From Nostoc sp. (GTDB lineage Bacteria; Cyanobacteriota; Cyanobacteriia; Cyanobacteriales; Nostocaceae), in the NCBI GenBank assembly GCA_036918135.1, contig JBALDB010000032.1:1-64000 (forward strand): a stretch of 64,000 nucleotides of DNA, in the 5' to 3' direction. The position numbers and the translations under genes were made by a program. The notes under the pieces were generated by a model, which worked only from the letters and a program-made list of their open reading frames with translations, was not told the DNA's origin and made no database searches. Shown one piece after another: positions 11,008 to 21,293 of the stretch. The first letter of the stretch is position 1; each line of letters opens with the position of its first letter.

Positions 11008-11307
11008 TCATTCTGTTTTTGCTGGTTGAGCATCTTCAACAGAACTAGCAATTGCAAAAGAAACAGGCTTTGGAGATGGGGTGGTTGAATCTAACTGGGG
11101 GTGTTCGAGTGATGCTTCCATACTGGGATCGATGAAATCAGAACCAACAATCTTGTCGTAGTTAGAAGCAACAGCTAAAAAAGCCCCACCCAAAATATAG
11201 ATAGGCAATGGCAAATTAAATTTTTGCAACCAGTCAAAAAATTCTGCCAACGCAAACAGTACGAAAAAGCAGGCAAGCCAAACTCTCATGTTTTCCATCT
11301 CTTGCAT
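11008..11307 (-). CDS. Small membrane protein, hypothetical
   Basis: Two TM segments plus LAVASNY; true start may be the MRVWL Met. Confidence 0.7.
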   Translation of the reverse strand: MQEMENMRVWLACFFVLFALAEFFDWLQKFNLPLPIYILGGAFLAVASNYDKIVGSDFIDPSMEASLEHPQLDSTTPSPKPVSFAIASSVEDAQPAKTE

Positions 11308-11658
11308 TCAAATAACTCTATTATTAGCCTAAATAGCCTCTACCATACTGGATGTATTAGAATATAACTGTCCCATAATCTCTATAACCCTAGATAGAGG
11401 CAGTAAATCTTAGACCCTTCCTAAAACTTGCTTGCAAGTATACAACAATCCTCAACGAGAAAGTAAAAATATCAGTGGTGGCTGTTGAGTGTTAATAATT
11501 AACACTCAACAACAGCTAATATTTCACTTTCTGATTTAGAACTGCTACATAAAAGGCTTTGAGACCAACCCTTGCAGATTCTCTTTCAAGGTAATAATTA
11601 GGGTTAGATACCCCCACTGATAGTTTAGACCAGAATAAATCTAGTTTTACCATTCTAG

Positions 11659-11687
11659 GCGTAGGCGTAGCCTGCCGCAGGCATCGC
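11659..11687 (+). repeat. 21-nt element inserted into a HIP1 site (SDR5-like)
   Basis: GCG + TAGGCGTAGCCTGCCGCAGGC + ATCGC. Confidence 0.8.
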
Positions 11688-11764
11688 TATTCTTTTCTAA
11701 TTTGGGTAACTGCTAAAATCAAACTACTAATTCTCAGCCTCTAGTATAAAAATCAAGATACAAT

Positions 11765-11899
11765 TACAGCAGATTTAAAGGAAAGTCAAGTACACTATTT
11801 ACGTCTGGTAGCTAGGCACAGAGCCGATTGTAATTGGTGTCACCAATTACGACCCCAAGCCGCGCAGCATCTTTGGCGAGGCTCCTGAATTCTGCTGTA
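11765..11899. mobile_element. MITE-like element with TACAGCAG...CTGCTGTA ends
   Basis: Inverted termini at 11765-11772 and 11892-11899. Confidence 0.5.
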
Positions 11900-12028
11900 T
11901 TTACTCTTATAGTTTGACAGCTAAAACTGGCAACGCTCCTAGAAGTTTCGTTTCACAGGATATAACTGATGGAGAATAACCAATGAGGCGCTTTTAGCCA
12001 AATACTTTTAAAATCAGGAGCAGAAACT

Positions 12029-15000
12029 GTGACTGCTGAAATTCAGCCAATCATCCCCCAAAATATTCAAGAAATCTTAGCTAGGATCAGTGATGCCTTC
12101 GTCATATTGGATCGTGAATGGCGCTACACCTATGTCAATGACAAGCTAGTTCAACTAGCCCAAATGAATAAAGAAGATTTCTTAGGTAAAAGTATTTGGG
12201 ATTTTCCTGATACGAGAAATAGCATACTCTACACTGAGATGCATCGGGCTGTTGTTGAACAAATTACAGTAAATTTTGAGTATTTAGACCCAAGATGGCA
12301 TCGTTGGTTAGAATACCGTGTCTATCCTGGGGAAAATGGCGTATCAATATTAATTACAGATATTACTGAGCAAAAACGTAATCAACAGCTTTTATCTGCA
12401 CACTACATAGTCACCCAGATTTTGGCTGAGACTACTGTTTTTGCTAATGCTGTTCCCCTGCTTCTGGAATCCCTGTGCCAAAGTTTAGGCTGGCAAGTTG
12501 GTATTTTCTGGAGTGTAAACGAGGAAATTAATGCTCTGCATCGCCTCGGAAGTTGGCATTCATCGGATTTGAGCATCGAAAATTCCCAATTATTGAACCA
12601 GCCTTCAACTCTTGCTCTTGGAGAAGGGTTAGCTAGTCAAGTTTGGGCTAGTGGTCAACCTATTTGGATTTGTGAACTTGCCTTAGATCGGAATTTTTTT
12701 GCAGCCGCGATCGAATTGCCGATTGTACTGGGTAATAAAATTTTAGGTGTGATGAAATTCTTCACCAACCAAATTTTACAGCCTGACTTAGATTTACTTC
12801 AGAAGATGAGTGCGATCGCTACTCAAATAGGTCAGTTCATCGAACAGCAGCGAAATGAGTCAGTGGTGCAATCAACCCAGGAAAAATGTCGCCGAATTTT
12901 GGAAACTGGCGATGCTGCAATTCAGGAGAAAGATTTTACCCTGGCGAATAATTTAACCGCTCGCGTCGAAGCCGAAGAGGCAATAGGTTTGCAGCAGTGT
13001 CTGCTCGAACAGCAAACTGCACTACGCTATCGCCAGATCGTAGAAGAAAATCTCCGTCATAGTGAAGCACGCTACCGTTCCCTAGCACAAGCAAGTGCAT
13101 CAATTATTTGGAGTGCGGCACCTTGGGGCAACGTTATTGATGAGATTCCTAACTGGCAAGCGTTTACTGGTCAAAGTTTTCAAGAATATAAAGGCTGGGG
13201 TTGGGTAAATGCACTACATCCAGAAGACCGGACATCCGTAGCTGCAATCTGGAGACAAGCCTTTAATGGACGCAGCGTTGCAGTTGCAGAATATCGCGTC
13301 CAACGTCATGACGGCGAATACCGTCACATGTCTATACGCGGAGTGCCCATACTCAATGAAATAGGGGAAATCATCGAATGGGTGGGGATGTGTGTAGATA
13401 TTAGCGAACGCAAGCAAGCAGAGTCAGAACGCGAGCGACTTTTGGCGCTACTGGAAACAGAACAGACTCGCCTGATGGAAGCTAACATGCTGCTTGATAC
13501 CATTTTTAATAACGCGCCTCTCGGAATTGGCGTATGGGATGAAAAATTAAGATTTGTGCGCTTGAATAATGCTTTAGCTGAAATCAACGGTCTGTCCCAA
13601 GAGATGCATATCGGTAAGACTGTCGCCCAATTGCTACCTGGGTTGGATCTTGAGGTTACGGAAGCTTTGCGCCATGTAGTGGAGACTGGAGAATCTATTT
13701 CTCAAGAAACCAGTGGAGAAACACCCGCTGCCCCCGGAAAGCAGCAGTACTGGTCAGTAAATTATTATCCGATTCAACTACCCGGTAATATCACTTGGGT
13801 GAGCGCAATTTGCCAAGATATTACCGAACGCAAACAAGCAGAAGTCGAACGCGAGCAACTGTTGGAGAGCGAACGTCTGGCCCGTGTTGAAGCTGAAAAT
13901 GCCAAAGAGCAAGTTACTACAATTTTGGAGAGTATCACTGATGGCTTTGTTGCCTTTGACAGTGAGTGGCACTTTACCTATCTCAATCACGAGGGAAGTA
14001 GAACTTTAGGGCGTTGCTGTGAAGAACTGCTGGGAAAGAATTTGTGGCAAGAGTTTCCAGAACTGGCTGATAGTAGTTTTGGTCAACTTTTTCAAAGAGC
14101 AGTCGCTTTGGAAGTACCGCTTGAGTTGGAAGATTATTACTCACCCTTTGATGCCTGGTTTGCCGTTCGTGCCTATCCTTCCCCCACAGGACTATCGCTA
14201 TATTTCTGTAACATTAATGTCAGAAAACAAACACAAGCTGCACTAGTAGAGAGTGAAGCAGGTTTTCGACTGCTGGCGGAGAATTCCACTGATATTATTT
14301 CACGTAGTAGAGTAGATGGAATTTTGCTGTATGTTTCACCAGCTTGCTACACAGTACTAGGGTATCAACCAGAAGAACGAGTGGGTCGTCAAAGTCGTGA
14401 GTTAGTTCACCCAGACGATTTAACTGAGATTGCCAAGCATTATCCAATCAATGCTGATTTACCAGATATTTATACCGTTACTTACCGTGCCCGTCACAAA
14501 GATGGGCATTATATCTGGCTAGAAACAACTGCTCGAGCAATTCGCAATCGCCAAACTCAAGAAATTTTAGAAATGCAAGCGTCTTCGCGGGATATTACTG
14601 AGCGCAAGCAAGTGGAAGATAAACAGCGCTTTCTAGCTGAGGCAAGCGGGATTTTGGCTGCATCATTGGATTATGAAACAACCTTAGCAAGTTTAGCGCG
14701 TTTAACAGTACCCGAAATAGCCGATTGGTGTCTAGTTGATATCTATGACCATCAATCAGTCCGCAGGGTTGCAGCCGCCCATGCCGATCCGGAAAAACAA
14801 CAATTGGTAGAACAGCTACAAAATTATCCGCTTGTAGAACAAACACAAGATATTGCTGAAGTAATACGCTCCGGCAAATCACAAATTACTTATTTTATTT
14901 CCTCAGAACAGATGCAAGCGGTAACCTCGAATGCCAGTCACTTGAAAATCTTGCAACAGTTAAATCCTCAGTCTGCAATATGTGTCCTGCTCATGGTTCG

Positions 15001-16894
15001 CAGACGGGTACTAGGAGCCATGACTTTAGTGTCTTCTGGCAATCATCGCTACGATAGTCAGAGCTTAATGTTAGCTGAAGAATTGGCTCGGCGTGCAGCG
15101 ATCGCCGTTGATAATGCCCGATTGTACACAGAAATACAGCAATCTCAACAAGTTGCCGAAAGCGCGGCATTTCGCACTGCCCGTTTGCAAGCCATTACTG
15201 CGGCGCTTTCTGAATCTCTAACTCCCGCACAAGTGGCTGAAGTAATTGTAGAGCAAGGTATGGCAGCTTTGGGAGCTAGTTCTGCTTTAGTAGCACTTGT
15301 GACTAACAACGGCAGCGAACTGGAAATTGTCCGTGCAGTTGGTTTCCAAGAAGAAACATTAGATTTATGGCGGCGATTTTCAATTAATGCAGCCGTGCCA
15401 CTGGCAGAAGCAGTACGGACTAAACAACTCCTCTGGCAAGAGCCAACGACAACAAGAGTGGCTCGTTACTCACATCTGGCCCAGGAGTATGCTAAGTATA
15501 ATTACGTGACTTGGATTTCTATTCCATTAATCATTGAGGGACGAGCGATAGGTGGAATCTCTCTAGCTTTCGCTGAAAATCGCAAGTTAAACCAAGATGA
15601 CCGCGCCTTTGTACTAGCACTAGCACAGCAATGCACTCAATCAATAGAACGTGCCCGTTTATACGAAGCAGAACAGACTGCACGAGAAGCAGCAGAAAAC
15701 GCCAATCGAATTAAAGACGAGTTTTTAGCAGTTCTTTCGCATGAATTGCGATCGCCACTCAACCCAATTCTCGGATGGTCAAAGTTACTCCAAACCAGAA
15801 AACTTGATGAAAAAGCAATCCCTCAAGCGCTTAAGACTATCGAGCGCAATGCTCAACTACAAGCTCAACTAATCGAAGACTTGCTAGATATTTCCCGGAT
15901 TTTACAAGGTAAACTCAGCTTAAATATCTACCCAGTTGATTTGACATCTGTAATTACCGCAGCAATGGAGACAGTACGGCTCTCAGCCGAAGCCAAGTCA
16001 ATTGAGATGCACATCAGCATAGAACCAAGTTTAGGGCAAGTTTTAGGTGACTCCAGTAGATTGCAGCAAATCATTTGGAATCTGCTTTCAAACGCCATCA
16101 AATTTACACCAGAGGGGGGACGAGTTGATATTCGACTTGCAGCAGTGGGGACAAGGGAAGATGAGGGAGACGCCCAAGGGATGCAGGACAAGGAGACAAA
16201 AAGAATAACTAACTCCTCACTTAACACTCCTCATGCCCAAATCATCATTAGCGACACAGGCAAAGGCATCGATCCCAATTTTCTCCCCTATATGTTTGAA
16301 TATTTTCGTCAAGAAAACAGCAGTACCACTAGAAAATTTGGGGGATTGGGGTTAGGATTAGCGATCGTCCGTCATTTAGTGGAACTGCATGGCGGCACAG
16401 TCGAGGCAGAAAGTCAGGGAGAAAATCGCGGGGCAACTTTTACCGTTAGACTTCCGCTAATTCAACAGCCCTTAGAAAGCAAACAAGACAGTAGCGACTC
16501 TGAGTCATCCTCAAATTTAAATGATGTCAAAATTTTAGTAGTGGATGATGATGCGGATACGCGAGAATTCATTGCCTTTTTGCTAGAGCATTATGGAGCA
16601 AATGTGACAGCAGTGGCATCAGCAAATGAAGCACTAACTGCCTTGAGGCAATCGCAGCCAGATGTCCTGTTAAGCGACATTGGAATGCCAAACATGGATG
16701 GATATATGTTTATGCGACAGTTGAGAACATTACCACCAGAACAGGGAGGACAAATTCCGGCGATCGCACTTACTGCCTATGCTGGAGAAATGAACGCCAA
16801 AAAAGTACTTGCCGCCGGATTTCACAAGCATATCGCCAAACCAGTAGAGCCAATCGAATTGATCCAAGCGATCGCCAACTTAATAGCTTCTTAA
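12029..16894 (+). CDS. Multi-PAS/GAF hybrid sensor histidine kinase with receiver domain
   Basis: Several PAS/PAC repeats and GAF domains; LSHELRSPL, NLLSNAIKFT, GGLGLGL; REC motifs LVVDDD and LLSDIGMP. Confidence 0.95.
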   Translation: MTAEIQPIIPQNIQEILARISDAFVILDREWRYTYVNDKLVQLAQMNKEDFLGKSIWDFPDTRNSILYTEMHRAVVEQITVNFEYLDPRWHRWLEYRVYPGENGVSILITDITEQKRNQQLLSAHYIVTQILAETTVFANAVPLLLESLCQSLGWQVGIFWSVNEEINALHRLGSWHSSDLSIENSQLLNQPSTLALGEGLASQVWASGQPIWICELALDRNFFAAAIELPIVLGNKILGVMKFFTNQILQPDLDLLQKMSAIATQIGQFIEQQRNESVVQSTQEKCRRILETGDAAIQEKDFTLANNLTARVEAEEAIGLQQCLLEQQTALRYRQIVEENLRHSEARYRSLAQASASIIWSAAPWGNVIDEIPNWQAFTGQSFQEYKGWGWVNALHPEDRTSVAAIWRQAFNGRSVAVAEYRVQRHDGEYRHMSIRGVPILNEIGEIIEWVGMCVDISERKQAESERERLLALLETEQTRLMEANMLLDTIFNNAPLGIGVWDEKLRFVRLNNALAEINGLSQEMHIGKTVAQLLPGLDLEVTEALRHVVETGESISQETSGETPAAPGKQQYWSVNYYPIQLPGNITWVSAICQDITERKQAEVEREQLLESERLARVEAENAKEQVTTILESITDGFVAFDSEWHFTYLNHEGSRTLGRCCEELLGKNLWQEFPELADSSFGQLFQRAVALEVPLELEDYYSPFDAWFAVRAYPSPTGLSLYFCNINVRKQTQAALVESEAGFRLLAENSTDIISRSRVDGILLYVSPACYTVLGYQPEERVGRQSRELVHPDDLTEIAKHYPINADLPDIYTVTYRARHKDGHYIWLETTARAIRNRQTQEILEMQASSRDITERKQVEDKQRFLAEASGILAASLDYETTLASLARLTVPEIADWCLVDIYDHQSVRRVAAAHADPEKQQLVEQLQNYPLVEQTQDIAEVIRSGKSQITYFISSEQMQAVTSNASHLKILQQLNPQSAICVLLMVRRRVLGAMTLVSSGNHRYDSQSLMLAEELARRAAIAVDNARLYTEIQQSQQVAESAAFRTARLQAITAALSESLTPAQVAEVIVEQGMAALGASSALVALVTNNGSELEIVRAVGFQEETLDLWRRFSINAAVPLAEAVRTKQLLWQEPTTTRVARYSHLAQEYAKYNYVTWISIPLIIEGRAIGGISLAFAENRKLNQDDRAFVLALAQQCTQSIERARLYEAEQTAREAAENANRIKDEFLAVLSHELRSPLNPILGWSKLLQTRKLDEKAIPQALKTIERNAQLQAQLIEDLLDISRILQGKLSLNIYPVDLTSVITAAMETVRLSAEAKSIEMHISIEPSLGQVLGDSSRLQQIIWNLLSNAIKFTPEGGRVDIRLAAVGTREDEGDAQGMQDKETKRITNSSLNTPHAQIIISDTGKGIDPNFLPYMFEYFRQENSSTTRKFGGLGLGLAIVRHLVELHGGTVEAESQGENRGATFTVRLPLIQQPLESKQDSSDSESSSNLNDVKILVVDDDADTREFIAFLLEHYGANVTAVASANEALTALRQSQPDVLLSDIGMPNMDGYMFMRQLRTLPPEQGGQIPAIALTAYAGEMNAKKVLAAGFHKHIAKPVEPIELIQAIANLIAS

Positions 16895-16897
16895 CTC

Positions 16898-17293
16898 CTA
16901 TTTTTCACTAATTAGCGTTGGTGGAGTAATAGCAGCATATTCTTCTGGAGTTAATACACCATCTTTCACATTAACTTTCTTTGGCAAAAGTCCTTGATTA
17001 CACCACAAATCAGCAATTTGTTGTTGCTTATCGACAATTTTTTCAGTAATTGGTAATAGCCCATATGCTGATTTTGCTTGAATTTGTTTTAATGTAGGCA
17101 CATCAATACCAACATCAGGAGAAACAAGTTCTGCCAATTTATCAGGATTTTTTCGAGACCACTCATCTGCCTTTAAAAGTTCTTCCAAGAAAATTTTTAG
17201 AACTTCAGGATGTTCTTTGGCAAATTTACGCGACGTAGAATAAAAACCTCCAAGATCCTGGAGTCCTTGTCCATCTCTTAACACACGACCAAA
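16898..17293 (-). pseudogene. 3' fragment of an SsuA-type binding protein gene
   Basis: GRVLRDG...FYSTSRKFAKEHPEVL...QQQIADLW resembles the C-terminal third of the 17587 gene; 5' part absent. Confidence 0.85.
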
Positions 17294-17474
17294 ATTGTTC
17301 ATCAGCAAGTTGTTGATCTTTAAAGATAAGAATGTGGCGATCGCGCAAAGTTTGCTTAAGTTGTAATATGACTTCAGGTGCAATAGGTTGACTCGCATCC
17401 AAACCAGTAACTATCGCTCCTAACGGAGCATCAATAGGGGTGATTTTTACTTTTCTTAAAATCGTAGTAGGCAT
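17292..17474 (-). pseudogene. 5' fragment of a TauD/TfdA dioxygenase gene
   Basis: MPTT...PLGAIVTGLD...HILIFKDQQLADEQF, then homology stops at the out-of-frame junction with the ssuA fragment. Confidence 0.85.
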
Positions 17475-17586
17475 AATTTTCTCCTCTGTTTTAGTATTTT
17501 CTTGGGAAGAATACCAATATAAAAAATCTATTTCTAGTAGTCTTTCCCAAAAAGGCACTCTCAATCCAAAATTTAAAATTGTACAG

Positions 17587-18699
17587 CTATTTATTAGCTA
17601 AAACCTCAGCAGGAGTAATTTTTGCGTACTCTTCAGGTGTCAAAAACCCAGCTTTCACATCCACCTTCTTGGGTATAAGTCCAAGACTGTACCATTTGTC
17701 TGCAACCTCTTGTTGCTTTGTAATAGTTTTCTCAGTAATTGGTAGCAGTCCATACTCATATTTACTATGCATAATTTCTAGAATAGGGGGGTCTAGTTGA
17801 GTTACAGGAGCAAGTAGTTGTGCTACTTCTTTCGGATGCTCTTTAGTCCAGATATCTGCTTTTTCTAGTTCTTCTAGAAATACTTTAATCACATCAGGGT
17901 GTGCCTGATAAAACTGACGTGAAGTCGAGTAAAAGTTTCCTGTATCCCGCAACTCACCTCCATCTGTCAAAACACGACCTACTTTGTTTTGTACATTTCT
18001 GGTAACAAATGGCTCCCAAATAAACCAACCATCTACTTTTCCCTGACTAAAAGCCACATTAGCATCTGGTGGTGGTAGAAAAACTGATTGGACATCGCTT
18101 AGTTTCAATCCTGCTTTTTCTAATGCCTTGACTAACAAGTAATGACCTATAGAGGCTTTTTGGAAAGCTACTTTTTTACCTTTTAAATCAGCAACACTTT
18201 TAATCGGAGAGTTGGTCGGAACTAAAAGTGAAACTGATTTACCACTGGAGTATGTAGTAGCTAGATAAACAAGAGGCACTCCTGCTGCTTGTGAAAATAC
18301 GGGAGGCGACTCGGCTGTAGATGCAATATCAAGTCCATTTGCATTTATAGCTTCTAGCTGTTGCGGCCCAGCTGCAAACTCACTCCACTGTACTTTAAAA
18401 CCTAAAGGTTCCAATCGCTTTTCTAAAGACCCCTGCTTTTCTAATACTGCTAGACCAGTAAGTTGTTTTGAACGCACAATTCGTACTACTTGCTTCTCTG
18501 TGGTGTTAGATGAAGCCGATGAAGCTGATGAAGCTGATGAATCAGAAGAAGCAGGGGACTGCTGAGCGTTATTTTTGGCTTCACTACAACTGGATAAGGT
18601 TGTAGATAATACTAAACAGTAGCCCAGAGCAAACAATAAAGAACGACGTGTTATTTTCTGGCTTTTACTAAATTCAAACTTTTGTTTTTTAGCTGGCAT
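17587..18699 (-). CDS. ssuA: Sulfonate ABC transporter substrate-binding lipoprotein
   Basis: Lipobox LSSC; FAAGPQQLEA, AESPPVFSQAAG and WFIWEPF motifs; start set at MPAKK. Confidence 0.88.
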   Translation of the reverse strand: MPAKKQKFEFSKSQKITRRSLLFALGYCLVLSTTLSSCSEAKNNAQQSPASSDSSASSASSASSNTTEKQVVRIVRSKQLTGLAVLEKQGSLEKRLEPLGFKVQWSEFAAGPQQLEAINANGLDIASTAESPPVFSQAAGVPLVYLATTYSSGKSVSLLVPTNSPIKSVADLKGKKVAFQKASIGHYLLVKALEKAGLKLSDVQSVFLPPPDANVAFSQGKVDGWFIWEPFVTRNVQNKVGRVLTDGGELRDTGNFYSTSRQFYQAHPDVIKVFLEELEKADIWTKEHPKEVAQLLAPVTQLDPPILEIMHSKYEYGLLPITEKTITKQQEVADKWYSLGLIPKKVDVKAGFLTPEEYAKITPAEVLANK

Positions 18700-18965
18700 A
18701 GGTTGTTTTATTTCTTGTTCTCTAAGTGGTAGAAAAGTTATGATTAATGAAAAAAAACACAAAAATATTGTTTATTTTTTAGTAAATTCAAGTAATTAAT
18801 ATAGAGGAAGTAGAGTGAGTATTGCCCCACTCTATAACGACTATAGGAACTTGAGTTGAAGAGTTATGAGGCAGAAAATTAGAAAATGGGGTGAGGATAA
18901 CTCACTTTAGGGTTGTGCTAAGTAGATCAATATTTTTTTGACTTTTAACTTTCAAGGTCACAACC

Positions 18966-19787
18966 CTATTTCTTCCAAGCAACCGAAATTGTAGCTTTAA
19001 GTTCTTCTGTAAAATGTCCAGACGGTTCAACTTTTAGCAATGCTTCTTTGAGGTCTGCTTCAAAAGCTGGGGTGTTATCGCCATAGAAAATTTTCAAAGA
19101 AAAAGCTGTGGTATATAAGTAGCCAAGATAGCTATCAACAGTCCAAGATTTTTCAAATGGCACTTCATAGACTTCTTGACGAGCAAAAGCTGAATTGGCA
19201 ATTACAACATCATGAGGAGGATCGACTGGCTTACGAATCCCTTCTCCTCGTTGTCCAGTCCGCCGCCGATCGCCTAACCATTTCTTCACTACTCCAACAG
19301 CAGCTTGTTTCCAGGGTAAAGAACTTTCCCAAGGATTATCACCAGTATTCAGTAGTGCTAGTCCACCATCATCAGTAAGCAATTCATAAAGGCGCTCAAG
19401 CACTAATTGGCGTTCCATCCAGTGGAAAGCTCGACCAATAGTAGCTAATTTAAATGTCCCCAAACTAGAGTCGATGAACTCTGCCCCTTGTTGGAGCCAA
19501 GTAATATTGTTTGCTCCTACTGCTGCTGCTTGGCGTTTAGCTTCTGCAATCATATCGGGATCGGGGTCGATCGCCACAACTTCTTCAAATTTGGTTCGCA
19601 AAGGAATTGCAATTAATCCCGGCCCAGTACCCAAATCCAGCAATCGCCCTTGACCATTGAGATTGAATATTTCAGCTAGTTTGTCGAATACAACAGGCGG
19701 ATATTTAGTTCTGTATTGAGCATAGCCTTCAGCCGCTCCCTCAAACAAGGTTGGATCGTAAGTAGCAAGTGTTTTGAGTTGAGTCAT
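18966..19787 (-). CDS. Class I SAM-dependent methyltransferase
   Basis: LLDLGTGPG, IDPDPDM and AFHWM motifs. Confidence 0.9.
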   Translation of the reverse strand: MTQLKTLATYDPTLFEGAAEGYAQYRTKYPPVVFDKLAEIFNLNGQGRLLDLGTGPGLIAIPLRTKFEEVVAIDPDPDMIAEAKRQAAAVGANNITWLQQGAEFIDSSLGTFKLATIGRAFHWMERQLVLERLYELLTDDGGLALLNTGDNPWESSLPWKQAAVGVVKKWLGDRRRTGQRGEGIRKPVDPPHDVVIANSAFARQEVYEVPFEKSWTVDSYLGYLYTTAFSLKIFYGDNTPAFEADLKEALLKVEPSGHFTEELKATISVAWKK

Positions 19788-19861
19788 ATCGATTTTAGAT
19801 TTGAAATTTTGTAGAGACGCGATTCATCGCGTCTGGTTGGGAGATAACCAATGCCCCATAC

Positions 19862-21043
19862 CTATGAATATTGTGTAATAACAGGTAGCTGTTCATTGAG
19901 TACCCAATCACCTATGGCTCGCAATTTGTAGTCCACAGGATCGTGGAGGGTAAAAGTTCGCAAATCTCGCCAGTAGCGGTCAAATCCATATTTAGTTCCA
20001 GTGGCACGAGTTCCTGTCACTTCAAAGATGCGATTGGTAATATCTATGCCTACACGGGTAGCTAATGCTTTGGCTGCGGAAACTGCGATCGCTACTTCTC
20101 CCCTTTCTTGATGAGTCAGCGCTATATCCTTTTCCCAAGCTGCTTGTACCTTTTCGGCTGCTAAGTCAGCTAGAGCGATCGCACCTTGGATTTCGATCCA
20201 AAAATCACCGTAACTATGCAGAATATACGGGTCTTGAGTAGCACTATCTACTCCTGATGTAATCCAAGGACGAGTATTAGTTTTAGTATACTCACGAGCT
20301 GCGGCGAAAGCTCCTTTGGTAATTCCTAAATAAACATTGGTTTTTGTTAACTGGGCAATAATACCAAGAAAAGTTGAGAAGGCATTATCAGGAGGTTCTG
20401 GTGGGCCTAAAATTTCATCTTTCTCTACTAGGATATTATTAAATGTATAACTACTACTATCAGTGCGACGTTGTCCAATATTGTCCCAATCTTGATTAGA
20501 AATTAAGCCTTCTCTATCTTTGGGAATTATGAATATGAAGGGCAATTCTACACCGTCTTGCAAAGCTGAGAATACTCGATAATCTGCAACAGCAATACCC
20601 GTACCAAAGCTTTTAACGCCGTTAACCCGAAAATTTTCACCTTCTGGGCTAATTTTCAGCCTAGTGTCCCGCGTATTAATAGCATTTGCCCAAAATAAGT
20701 TATTCTTAGCAGTTTCACTATAATATTTTTCCTTTTGGGCTGGTGTACCAGAAACATGACCCAAAGCCGTCAAATTCAAATGATTACCATATAACTGACC
20801 AATTGAACCATCAGCTTTTGATAGTTTTCTAATAATTTTTAAGGCATCAATCCAAGTTGCCCCAGTTCCACCATATTGTTTAGGTACAATTAATGGTAGC
20901 AAGCCAGTTTCACGTAGCCTATTAATTTCCTCTTCTGGAACTCCAGCTTTAGCATCCCTTTCAACTGAGGATTGAGCAAGTTCTTTAGATAAAGAAGCTG
21001 CTACATCAATGTAATCCTTTGGTTTTGTAATATCTAGTACCAT
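19862..21043 (-). CDS. SfnB/DszC-like acyl-CoA dehydrogenase-fold flavin monooxygenase
   Basis: DWDNIGQRRTDS and FDRYWRDLRTFTLHDPVDYK motifs. Confidence 0.88.
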   Translation of the reverse strand: MVLDITKPKDYIDVAASLSKELAQSSVERDAKAGVPEEEINRLRETGLLPLIVPKQYGGTGATWIDALKIIRKLSKADGSIGQLYGNHLNLTALGHVSGTPAQKEKYYSETAKNNLFWANAINTRDTRLKISPEGENFRVNGVKSFGTGIAVADYRVFSALQDGVELPFIFIIPKDREGLISNQDWDNIGQRRTDSSSYTFNNILVEKDEILGPPEPPDNAFSTFLGIIAQLTKTNVYLGITKGAFAAAREYTKTNTRPWITSGVDSATQDPYILHSYGDFWIEIQGAIALADLAAEKVQAAWEKDIALTHQERGEVAIAVSAAKALATRVGIDITNRIFEVTGTRATGTKYGFDRYWRDLRTFTLHDPVDYKLRAIGDWVLNEQLPVITQYS

Positions 21044-21293
21044 AAAAAATCATCCTTGATACTTTAGTAACTTGTAATTAGCTGAACGCCGAAAAATGCT
21101 TATACAATTTTGAATTTTTATTTTAGATTTAGAATAGTGAAAAACATACTTTCCCAATTTATTGATACAGAATTTAGGAGAAATGTAGAGTGAGTTTTAT
21201 TCACTCTACAACTAAACAGAGGAAATGGAACATGGAACACTTTTGGTGATTGGAGATTGGGCATTAGGAAAGTTCTTTCCTAGTCCCCACTTC

